A program made the position numbers and the translations under genes. The notes beneath the pieces were generated by a model. It saw nothing but the letters and a program-made list of their open reading frames with translations, ran no database searches and was not told the origin of the DNA. DNA of 58,219 nucleotides, counting the filler, from Dugesia japonica (taxonomy: Eukaryota): NCBI GenBank assembly GCA_001938525.1. It is 5 parts of 5 records of this genome, joined end to end, with 100 filler letters (N's around TTAATTAATTAA, not from the genome) between each part and the next. Parts side by side here need not be neighbours in the genome. Positions count along the whole stretch, not along the records: positions 24,675 to 40,493 come from MQRL01533319.1; positions 40,594 to 48,814 come from MQRL01632884.1; positions 48,915 to 58,219 come from MQRL01567202.1; 2 more parts are not named here. One strand, given 5' to 3'. Below are positions 38,120-49,391 of this stretch, one piece after another; within the stretch, counting starts at the first letter, position 1, and each line of letters opens with the position of its first letter.

Positions 38120-39205
38120 ATGATGCCNAAAAAATCATAATTCGCGGCAACCTGCGTCATTTTTGAAAACAGGATCTAAATGAACAACAGCCATAAAAAT
38201 ATGTGAAATTGAAAGTTCTAAGATAGTCTCAAAAGCCCCTGTAAAAGAATGGTTTCGTAGATTTAATGAAGGCGACTCCAGTCTGGAAGACAAATCACGT
38301 TCTGGAAAGCACTGGGTACTGATAAATTAAGCTTTGTTGCGAGATAATCAACTAAGACCAGACACTAGCACTCGCATACTGGCTACTCAATTTGGGAAGT
38401 ATCAATCAACCATAGTTGGTTTTGCAAAAATAAAACCCAGATTTGTTTGCCATGAATTTTCTGATCAACAATCACAAAGAAGAGAAGAAATTGGAATAAA
38501 TTGTTGGATAATCCTAAGGATGACATGTTCTGGGAACGAATCATAACTGTCGATGAAAAGTGGATATATCTCAGAAATCTTATTATTCAAAAGCAGTGGC
38601 TTCAGCCAGGTCAGAAGGCATTATCGGTAGCTAAAAAGGGACGGTTCGAACACAAGGTGATGTTATCCAAACATGGTGGAATTTGGAAGGTCCTGTATTA
38701 TAGAAGCAAATTCTAGAAGCCCAGGCTGTAGATGCAAACCTGTACGCTGAACAATTGGAACTACTTTATAATGTTCTGGTCACTCGTTATCTAGCTTTAA
38801 TCAATAGAAAACGGATATTTCTGCAGCATGATAACGCTCCTGCTCATAACTCTAAAGTGGTAAAGTCTAAGTTAGAAGAGCTCAATGAAATCTAACTACT
38901 ACATCATTCAGCTTATAGCTCAGACTTAGCTCCATCAGATTATCACTTATTCCGGTCAATGAGTCATTTTTTGATTGGCAAGAAATTTAATTCAGTAGCA
39001 GATGTCGAAAGTGGAGTCCTTCAGATTTTGCAGTTCAAGCCACCTGAATGGTATCAGAAAGAAATCCAAAATTAAGCTGATAGATAGTTGAAGACTTTAT
39101 CTAGGGAATGACTTTATTTTGATGAATAAAACTTTGATGTTTTTATGACTTGTTTTTCTATATATTTTTAGTTTAAAGTGTCCGGGAACTTTTGACTCAA
39201 CCTAG
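38120..39205 (+). mobile_element. Mariner (DD34D) pseudogene with right TIR; left TIR not found
   Basis: EWFRRF, RIITVDEKWIY, LQHDNAPAH, HSAYSSDLAPSDYHLF and YFDE*. Ends ccgggaacttttgactcaacctag-TA. Confidence 0.92.
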
Positions 39206-39206
39206 T

Positions 39207-40130
39207 ATTTGAGATATCATTGAAATTATTGAGTGCAAATGAAAGGTTGATCAATTATTTCTAAATATAAGATAAAAAGATATTAGAAATAAATGTTTAT
39301 TAGAAATAAACGTTTTGCAGCAATGAATATAACTTCTGGAATTATAATAGGAATGGATAATTTAGAAAAATTAAATATTAAATAAGTGAATATATTAATG
39401 TTTTGTAAAAATATGAAACATGTGGATTTATGTAATTTAGAAGATAAATTTACTAAAGAAATAACAGATTTTGATAGACAGAAAATTTTACATCTAGAAA
39501 TATTATAGGAAAAGCTCATCCATTATATGATGTAATGATGAAATTTAGTAACACTTTTGTCAAAAATAAAGAAATTATTCAAAATTTAGATGAAAGCAAA
39601 ATAATATTGAAATGCAAATTACCATCAAATTATCGAATCGTTTCGTTTTTGAAAATTTAATTTTCAACATTGGAAAATAATGGTTCATCGTTAAGATTAC
39701 TAGCTTTGTCATTGCACAACGGTTCATAAAACATGTTAAAGCATGAAGATGGATATTGCAATACTAGGAAATAATTATTTTGGTAGTTTTATTTACTCGG
39801 CATTTCAAGCATTATCTATAGGATAAACAGTTAGTTTTAAAAATAGTTCATAAAGCAATAAGTTTTATATTAACAATAAAGCCAATGACAGCTTAATTTA
39901 AAAATTGGATAAGTTTACTCAGCAGTTTTAATATCAACCTGGAATATAGGAAGGATAAAATACATTGAAAAGCAGATACCATGTATAGAATGAATAATCA
40001 ATTGTGTAAACAATGTAATATGAACCACATCGATGCTAAAACTAAAGGGCTTAATCATGTTCATTAGTTATAAATGAAAATGATATTTAATGTTGATTAC
40101 CAAGAATTAATGAAGAAATATCTGTAATAA
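39207..40130 (+). mobile_element. Ty3/gypsy PR-RH relic; protease start lies at about 37915-37975, before the mariner
   Basis: GIIIGMDNLEKLNI, KHEDGYCNTRK, HFKHYL and INLEYRK...ADTMYRM..LCKQC. Upstream segment reads VYLNSISFKSYFDTG. Confidence 0.7.
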
Positions 40131-40440
40131 TAATTANGATTAATAGTGGAGCAAAAAATAAATTTGAATTTCAAAAAAGAATCATATTAAAAAACAAATT
40201 GAAACAATTTAAACAATTTGAAAATTTTACAGAAAAATAATTATTTTTTTAATTTCATATTATTTTAAAATGTTCATAAAATTTTCTAAACTTTCAAAAC
40301 AAAATTGATATTTCAAAAAATTTTAATTTTTTTAAATTTCTTAATTAATTTGTGATTTTAAATTTTTTAAAAAAAAGATTTTTTTAAAACATATTCTCCA
40401 ACCAGAGCATAAAAATTTAACTGGCTTCTAAACTACTCAC

Positions 40441-40493
<53 letters not shown>

Positions 40494-40689
40494 NNNNNNN
40501 NNNNNNNNNNNNNNNNNNNNNNNNNNNNNNNNNNNNNTTAATTAATTAANNNNNNNNNNNNNNNNNNNNNNNNNNNNNNNNNNNNNNNNNNNNTTTGCAC
40601 CCATAAACGCAAAATTGGTTAAGAATAAAACAATTAATTTACTTTTTTTATAAATGTGACACACTTTTGAGCAGTACTGTAGATGTTAT

Positions 40690-41200
40690 TATGTGGTTCC
40701 ATTTACTTTCAGTTGGATTAATGATACCATATGAAATTTGTATTATTGTGATTTTGTATTACCTGATTTTGATTAGTTTGATCCCTGTAAATATTTATCT
40801 CAAAATAGATTTAGTTACACAAGAATTGTTTTTGAATTTTAGAGTTAATTTNATTTTATTTTTAACCCTTCAAAATGGAATGTCAAATTGAACTAAATGA
40901 GGATTTTTCTTCACTTATTACTATTCAATTATTACTATTCGCTTTCATTAGTAACGGAAAAATTTCAAACTCATCAAAACTGATCACGAAACTTGTACTG
41001 TGCACATAAATATCGGCAATTATACTCAAGAATTCTCCTTGTCGAATTTGATGTGTATGACAGATGACGAAAATTGTTAAAAACAAGATATTTTACACTT
41101 CAAAATGAGAAAATGATCTATCGAAAACTTCATTCGTGGAAATAATCCAAATTTAGCAAAGTTGTAGAAAAACTAGCTGCCAAATATGGATTATCTATAT
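40690..41200 (+). mobile_element. Possible hAT transposase relic
   Basis: Weak motifs SIYFQLD, TQELFLNF and KNSPCR in hAT order. Confidence 0.3.
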
Positions 41201-43127
41201 TTTAAATTGGCAGAAGTGAATTTGTTGAAAATAGTTTACAACTTATAATTTGAATTTACCAGTAGATCAACGATATATTTTGAGTTTAATTTATGAATTT
41301 TATAAAATTAATATTAAATCTATAAAGAAAACTGAAAATAAACGAAAGCTCAATGGAAATAAGCAAGTATTTCAGTTGATATATGGACAAGTATGAAGAA
41401 TCGCAGATATTTGAATATTCATATTTATTATGCATTTAATGATGCTCATAGTAAGAATTTTTAGTTATTGTACAGTAGAAATCTTATTTAAATTTTACTA
41501 GTATAGGGAAATAATTATTATTTAATAATTTCAGCCAATAGAAAGTGATTAAAATTGAATATTAATATTTAATTAATNNNNNNNNNNNNNNNNNNNNNNN
41601 NNNNNNNNNNNNNNNNNNNNNNNNNNNNNNNNNNNNNNNNATATTAGTTGTAATTTAGAAAATGAGTTATCAATTGAAGATTTATCTAACAACTAGCTTT
41701 TAAAATAAATCTTTGAGATGACAGTTAGTATAAGGGCTATTCATAAATTAAATGCTTTGAGTTACATACGCACTTGGAGTGAAGGGCGATGGTTGGATTT
41801 CGGAGAAGGGAAAGGATATCGACTGAATGCTTACGTATGCATAAATTTATAAAAAATCGAATAATTGTAAAAATGTTTACAAAATCACCAGTCATAATTC
41901 CATTTTACAAAATTATGTTATTGAAAAGGAAACGAAAGAATTATTGTTGCCGTCAAATTGCCGTACAAAATGGAACAGTTTGCATATTATGAAGGAGCAT
42001 TTCATTGGAATTTTAGAGCCCATACACAAATAATTATTTGAATTAAATCCTACAGGCATTCAATTTCATATTGAATTGTTTAAAACCATAAAAAAGTATA
42101 GTAGAAGAACTAAGTTGCAAAAACTTATCTATTTCAGTGAAATAATTAAAATTTTTATTTTTATCACTTTTAAATGAAAATTCAAATTTAAGCCATAATT
42201 TAGCAAGATAGAAATTCAGACTTATAAAGAAGAAATAATCCAATAATTTCACTGTTCAAATTTCTTATTAATGACATAAATCAGCACTGGCCAACTAGAG
42301 AATATCTGAGGGCCACGATAAGACTTTCTAATTTGCTATTTACTCAAAAAAATTTATATAATATAGTATTTACTTGAAGGCTTCATTTGTTTATGGAAAA
42401 TATTATATAACTACCGCAAAAATTATTATATAATTACTGCGATTTACAGCTAAAAAAAATTGTCGCGTGATTTAATAATTAGTAGAACATGATCCGTCAT
42501 TGGTAGCAACCCAATAACACGTCTTATGTGTTCCACATACCTAGAGTGAAAATAATATCATAAGCATTCCATGCTTATTAGCAGTTCACTGCTCAGCAAT
42601 AACTTATTCCTCAACAAAATACTTTAAAATTGTCCGTAATAAAATTCACAGTAAATATTAACATTCCGATGCATTTATTGTGATAAATATCGATATCATA
42701 ATTTGAAGGAATGGTGACCATATTTTATAATAAGTGTTTAGTGTATTAAATATAGTTCTCTTTTTTACAAAATCCTGAAAATGAAAAAAACTAATTAGAG
42801 AAATTACAATTCATAAATTGTTCTAAGTTACAAAAAAAGTTATATTTTCCATAATTTGTTGAAAATGATATTTTCTACAAAAAATAATTTTAGCAAATTG
42901 AGGAAAATAGAGAATTCTTAAATTTCTAGTGAAAATTTTATCTAATTATTAAAAATATTTGAAATTTTACGATAAAATGTAATGAGTTGAGAAAATACTG
43001 AAACTGAAAAAAAAATGTCGAGCTAACAGTTTTAATGTATTTTCAATATCAATTACTGACAATTTTCCATAAATTTGGGTTAAACAAAGATAATATTGAT
43101 GGGAATAAACAAGAAATATCATTGTAA

Positions 43128-43206
43128 TAAAAGCTTCAGTCAAATTTTTTTTTGTTTTTGATATTTCAAATTTTCGACTTTGTCTTCGTCAGGAATTGAC
43201 TTTTTA
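43128..43206 (-). repeat. Second copy of the hammerhead-bearing Penelope end (helix III and cleavage site degenerate)
   Basis: Minus strand reads aaaaagtcaattcctgacgaagacaaagtcgaaaatttg...gactgaagctttt. Confidence 0.8.
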
Positions 43207-43826
43207 TTTATTTTTTTACGATCAATTGTTAAGTCCAACCATTATTTTCGCAAGAATTTTTGTAATTGTAAAACAAGAAATAGTTCATATAAAATTTTAA
43301 CAATGCAAAGATCAAAATTGTTTTCCTATTTTCATATATTATTCAATATTTCCGCATAGTCTTTCCTAGGAAAGATTTTTTGGGATCATTCTAATTACAA
43401 AATTTGAATAGAAAGACAATTCGAATTAATTTTATTAAAATAAATTTTCAATAATATTTAAAATCAATAATTAGTTTATTTATCTAAGATTGTATTCACC
43501 AGTTGATAATGACGAATAGGATTTTAATGAAGAACAAATTTTCCATTTTCATTGGTTAAAGTTTTTATTGTTAATTCTGAATTATAAAAACTATCAAGAC
43601 GGGGCTAATCCTTTTGATTTTTTTTAAAGTGAACTTCAATTAGAAAAACAAAATTAAGCATAACAAATTATCGAGAGTGTATTAGAATTTTGTGTTTACA
43701 AATAATTGCAATATCTTTTAAAGTAATTCTGAAAATTAAATAAGTTAAATATTTCAAAAAATCAATAATTTGGTAAAAATGGAATTCAGTTTTTCAAATC
43801 GTTAATACTTTTGTCATTTAATTTAG

Positions 43827-43925
43827 GTTAGCAATCTTACATTTCTTGAAAAAAAAATCGCTGCTTGGCTTTTTGAAACACCACCAGTTGCTACTATCGA
43901 CGAAGCCTTTGTTTGTTTTAAAAAG
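43827..43925 (+). CDS. RMDN1: Regulator of microtubule dynamics (RMD/FAM82 family), penultimate exon
   Basis: tttag acceptor, gttag donor, 99 nt, phase 0-0. VSNLTFLEKKIAAWLFETPPVATIDEAFVCFKK resembles the RMDN motif LSWLEKK.A..LF.TPP.AT..EAL..F.K. Paralog assignment is uncertain. Confidence 0.88.
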
Positions 43926-43975
43926 GTTAGCTTTCATTTTGAAAGAAATATTCAACAAAGTATTCCTGTTTGCAG

Positions 43976-44137
43976 TGTGAAGAAATATCTCCAAATAAAT
44001 ATGGTGAAAATCATTATTTCCTTTCACTTTGCTACCAGAAATTTGGTGATTATACTATATCATCCAAATATCTAGAATCTGCAAAGAATCTTCCATGTTT
44101 TGACCCGGATATAAAACAAGCAATTTTAAATTCATAG
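43976..44137 (+). CDS. RMDN1: RMD/FAM82 family, terminal exon
   Basis: In frame after a 50-nt GT-AG intron: CEEISPNKYGENHYFLSLCYQKFGDYTISSKYLESAKNLPCFDPDIKQAILNS*. AATAAA at 44187. Confidence 0.85.
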   Translation, partial: CEEISPNKYGENHYFLSLCYQKFGDYTISSKYLESAKNLPCFDPDIKQAILNS

Positions 44138-44399
44138 ATTTCTGAAAATAATTCACTTTATTCTCAATTTTATATGTAATATTGATAATAAATTATTAAT
44201 TTTATTATTTTCTGGTATTTTTGATTCTGATGGTTTATTTTTTGAAGTCTTTAAAAATATCTGAAAATTCTAAAACAAAAAATATCAATTAATTGAAATG
44301 GAATCAAAGATCAAAACAGATATTACTTGTCATTCCTGTACTGGTAAAAATGAGATAAATCTCGAATAACAAGAAATAAGTTGCGCTTATCATTTAAGT

Positions 44400-45490
44400 T
44401 AATGCGATTCTAATTATAGATTAAATGCATCAAAACAGTGATTCATCATTGAATGCGAACCATAGGCAGTCACTTTTTTTTAATAATTATCTGTTTGCAA
44501 TAAGACCGTTACGATCGTGTCGAAACTGATGTCCGTATCCAGAATGAACTCTATCCAAATCTGGGAAACCTAAAACTGGCGGAGATGTTAAAGTCATCTT
44601 CAATCCTTGAAAAATGTTTGTCAAATCTACCGATCGTTTTTCCTGATCCACTTCACAATTGCTCCAATTTTCTATCCTTCTCCGCATATCCTTTAATAAG
44701 CTTCCTGTAGTAGTAGAAAATGCCTAAAAACTGCGAAGTCACTTAACACACTTAGGTTCTCCAAATGACTTAATCGCTTCTATCTTCTCTCTAAAAATTT
44801 TATCTCTCTTTGTAAGAAAGCATTTTTCTGAATTAATTCGCAATCCTGCTTCCGGAATCCTTGTCAACACCTTTTCAATCAATCCATTATGTTCTTCACT
44901 ACTTTTTGAAAACATGAATGTCGTCTAAGTGTCTTATTGCAATATCTGGTCTTCAAATTACTTTTACCATAATTTTGTGGAACGCCACTAGAGCTGTTAC
45001 TAGTTGCAATGCGAATATGCATCCTTTTTAAATAATGCTGACTCTACTTTATGGTAAAAGCAGTATTTTTTGACGACTCTGCTTTTAAGCATTCCACAAT
45101 CTTATCGAGCTAAAATATGTTGTTTTATTTAGAGTCTAACATTTCAATATTTGGCATAGAAAATTCTGTATTTCCGTTATCGCATTCAACCTCCTGAAAT
45201 CTAAACATAATCTAATGTCCTTTTTATCCTTCTACCAAATGGACACTAATCGAGTGTTCTATGGAGATTTACAAACAAATTTCTGATGGCTTCATCAATT
45301 TTACCTTCTAGAGTGATGGGCTGTCTATACGGTTTCACATTAATCGGACGCCCTTTCGTTACTATTCTGTGCTTGACTACACGTGTTTTCTCCACATACC
45401 ACTTAATTGGCATAAATACTATTAAACTTTCTTACAGCGTCCCTTCTTACTAACCTGTTTTATCGAAATTTACTTCTAAGTTACAAAGAT
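44400..45490 (-). mobile_element. Ty3/gypsy RT-RNase H relic
   Basis: KHRIVTKGRPINVKPYRQP, RLCLDFRRLNA, LDD, GLRIN and LTSPPVLGFPD..ILDTD. Confidence 0.85.
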
Positions 45491-47816
45491 AATTGTTTTC
45501 TTCATTACTCCTTTGGATGTCCTCTTTTAGAAACAATTAAAGTCTTAGTTTTATTTTTTATTTCTTTTCACACACTACTTTAATTTTTAATTGTTATTTA
45601 TTTTTGTTCATATTTAACCGGCACTTCTAATTTTATAAGTCTTTTTTCCTGTTTTTCATAATCATTATCTATAGCTCAAATTGTGGGGAATCATTGATTG
45701 TCCTCTGAATTTTCTATTTCCAAGTTGCTATCAATATCGTTTTCTGAGTTATTGCTATTTGTCTGGTTTTTGCTATTTTTCTATGACTTTTCATATATTT
45801 TTCAGAATTTAAATTTATATGTTTTTAACTAATTTATTTTTTGATTAATATACATATCTTTTTAATTTTTCATAAAATTTAATTTTTATCTATTTTTTTA
45901 TTCATTCATTCTTCTTTAAGTTTTGGCCCATAAAATTTTAATTTTTATTTTCCTAGTTAATTTTCTTTTTTCCAGTTTGCTTCATTACTATAGAAGTGGA
46001 TAGTCTATTATAACAATTCTACTAAATATCCTATTTGCATAAGTTACCAATTTCCTTTTAGATTGCCAGACGACTACTTTAAGCTTTTTCATTTGAAATT
46101 TTAACTTTCATTTTTATCCTTTGATACATATCCGTTTTGAAAAATTTGATTTATAATTTTTTATCACTTTTCCTTTACCTGCAGTCATATGGAATTTTTT
46201 TGGATTTTCAAATTCATGTTTCCTTTATTATTGTTTTATCTTTTTATTTAACTTTTCGTTTGTTTCTTTAGTACTCTTTTCATTTATTTTAATTTTCTAT
46301 TTATAACTTTTTCTCATCCTTTTTGAAATATTTTGTTATTTTATTGTGTTATGACTATTTGGTACGACTTCTTTCTTCACCATTTTTATTGTATATTGGA
46401 TTATTTTATTTTAGTGATTATTGCTTGTATCAATATTTTTCACTATTATTTTTTGTAGTCATAACAGTCACTATTTAACTGTATTGACTATTCATTTCCT
46501 TGTACATTTTAGAATCATAATGTCTATCTTGTCTTTCAATAATTGATAATATTTCAACACCGACATTTTGCTTATATTCCTAGAGATTTTTCGCGTATAT
46601 TCAATTTCATTGTAAGTTTGTTCATTATTCCCATTTTCGTCGATATTTTTTGATCACTCACATTTTTCTTTACATCTATTTTATCAAATTTTTACACTTT
46701 CCATTTTTTTAAATTTTCCTTTCTATTTACTTAATATTTTTACCAAGACTATTGTCGAAATTTTGAACTTTTTTACAAAAACATTTTATTTTGATCGAAG
46801 CTTTTTCTATATTTTAATGAAATTATTATTTTATTTAATTTTTATTAATTTTTTTCTTTCTTCATACTTTTGTTTTAATTTATTTTCTTCTGAACTTGGG
46901 TTTTTATTTACTTCTTATTTTAGTAAATTTTTTTATGCTCTCGTTTTTAAAAATTTCATTAGTTCTACCATAACCGTTTAAATAGTATTGGATGGATTCT
47001 AATATATATTTTTCGCAATGAACTAGCTATTTTCTCCTTCCTTGCGTTAGTTTACTTGCTTTTTATTGTACATTCTAAAGCCTTTCATATTTTATTCAAA
47101 TCGCTGCTTAAAGCACAACAGTTATAATTGTGTTCAAAATTTATTATAAGGTACGTAGGTTTGGCCAAATCTTGCCTAAAAAATAATTCTATTTACTTCC
47201 TGTGGATTATTTTTGAATATTTCCAAAGTCGTCAGTAGCATTTTTGAGGTTGAACAGATCTTAAGAAGACTTTCATATAAAAATAATAAATTAAATTTTG
47301 GGTATTGAAATTTTAAAGACATCGTCTGTTCTACAAAACTATTAACTTTTTGTTAAATTAATATGAAATAAACCTTCACGTAGAAATTTCCAGGTACTTA
47401 ATACGTACTTACTTGCCAATAAAATATCGATAACACAAGCAAAAGCCATACAGAGTAATGTAAAAACAGACAATACCAACATGGTCCCCTAAAAATAAAC
47501 ATTTAATCCTAATTAGACTACAAAATATTTCTAATTATTATTGTAGCTTTGATTATCAAATAAATAAACGAAATCTATGAAGCATAGGCGAATCTATTAC
47601 TATAATATATAAAACAAAGTTTTATGAATTAGTACAATGAAACTAAGGATGTACTAAAGCCTTATTCTTGAATATTTGTTTCAATTTGATTGGATTTGTC
47701 AAGAATTTAATATTTTTATTTAAATCACATCAATTTTTTCACCACTTTGTAAAAACAAAAGTATTATTAGTATTGCTCATTAATAAATTTAATAAATAAA
47801 ATAAGTATGATATTAA

Positions 47817-47962
47817 AGGTGACCAGACAATTCCACACATGACAAATCGACACAAAGACAAATCGACACAGACAATTCGAACCAGAGACAAATCAACAAA
47901 CGGACAAATCGACACACGGACAAATCGACACAGAGACAAATCGACACAGACAATTCGACACA
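47817..47962. repeat. Array of about nine 13-16 bp gacaaatcgacac units, likely a DNA-transposon subterminal region
   Basis: Visible tandem units starting just after ttaa|agg (Kolobok-like junction). No partner end found. Confidence 0.7.
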
Positions 47963-48035
47963 TATTTTTTTATAATTTATAATTTTTTAATATTTTTTAT
48001 TATTTTTAATAACTTTTACTGGTAATTATAAGTCA

Positions 48036-48244
48036 TTTGGTATAATTTTTAATAATGAATTTCTTTAGTATCATTTTTAATACTGAATTTTCTTGGTATT
48101 ATGTTTAATACTGAATTTTTTTGGTATAATTTTTAATACGGAATATTTTTGGTATAATTTTTAATAACGAATTTTTTTGATATAATTTTTAATAATGATT
48201 TTCTTTAGTATAATTTTTAATACTGAATTATTTGGTATAATTTT
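48036..48244. repeat. About 26-bp minisatellite (ttggtataatttttaatactgaattt)
   Basis: About eight diverged tandem copies. Confidence 0.9.
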
Positions 48245-48304
48245 GATTAGGAAGATAAATAGTGTTGCCAAAATGAAAAAAATAATATTTGAGTGGCTTT
48301 CAGC

Positions 48305-48612
48305 TTAGTAACAAGCGATCAACTGCTTTAAATAAAGATAGCCATCTAGTAGGACTATGTCAAATCACTTCACGAAATTCTGATTCGTAAAACTCATAAC
48401 AATCCTTCAAATTTTCTCGCCTTTTGGCCGAATTAGAAAACTCAGCAAACACTTCCAATATAATATTTTCAATGTCGAAGAAAGCATTTTTAGCACAATT
48501 ATGAATTATATGATCATTGCATTGAGCTGCAATAATGGTTTTATTTTCTTCATTCACTAGTCTTTGAAAAACCGAATTGTTTACTTTGCAATTCACGCTA
48601 GCGTTATCATCT
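48305..48612 (-). mobile_element. hAT transposase fragment
   Basis: DDNASVN...CNDHIIHNCAK (CxxH)...FSNSAKRR...PTRWLSLFKAVDRLL. Confidence 0.88.
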
Positions 48613-48914
48613 CTATATTGCATTGTAATTGCACTTCATTCTCTTTGTTGTGAAACCACCTTCTATCTCACTCATTTCTTAACTATTAAAGTTATATAGA
48701 CCTAGTTGATTTTTATAAAAGAACAAATTTAATATTTAAGTTTTCACTTATTAATTCAAACTTTAAATACTTTAAAATTAATATTTTAATTTACCACTTT
48801 ACTACACCAGCAGANNNNNNNNNNNNNNNNNNNNNNNNNNNNNNNNNNNNNNNNNNNNTTAATTAATTAANNNNNNNNNNNNNNNNNNNNNNNNNNNNNN
48901 NNNNNNNNNNNNNN

Positions 48915-49391
48915 AACTTTATTTTAAATTACATAATTATATTTACTATCAAACTATGTTTTTCTTTTAGATATACCCTTTTTCAGCATTACACCTATAT
49001 TATCATGAATCAATTGTTAGTTTCATTATTCATATTGATTTTGTATTTTTACAATTTATTTTTACAATTTTATTTACACTGTTATACTTTTAAATTTAGA
49101 ATTGATGTTTTAATTTTTTGAGCTTTNNNNNNNNNNNNNNNNNNNNNNNNNNNNNNNNNNNNNNNNNNNNNNNNNNAACTTTATTTTAAATTACATAATT
49201 ATATTTACTATCAAACTATGTTTTTCTTTTAGATATACCCTTTTTCAGCAATACACCTATATTATCATGAATCAATTGTTAGTTTCATTATTCATATTGA
49301 TTTTGTATTTTTACATAATTTATTTTTACAATTTTATTTACACTGTTATACTTTTAAATTTAGAATTGATGTTTTAATTTTTTGAGCTTTT
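48915..49391. repeat. About 212-bp near-identical direct duplication flanking an N gap
   Basis: 48915-49126 repeats at 49178-49391; probably unmerged contig overlap. Confidence 0.85.

Noticed and set aside
41733-42000. Harbinger-like terminus agggctattcataaatta
   Set aside because: No convincing partner TIR or TSD.
47739-47963. CRISPR-like array or Cys-rich ORF
   Set aside because: Head-to-tail units of about 15 bp with no unique spacers; eukaryotic context; the ORF is just the translated repeat.
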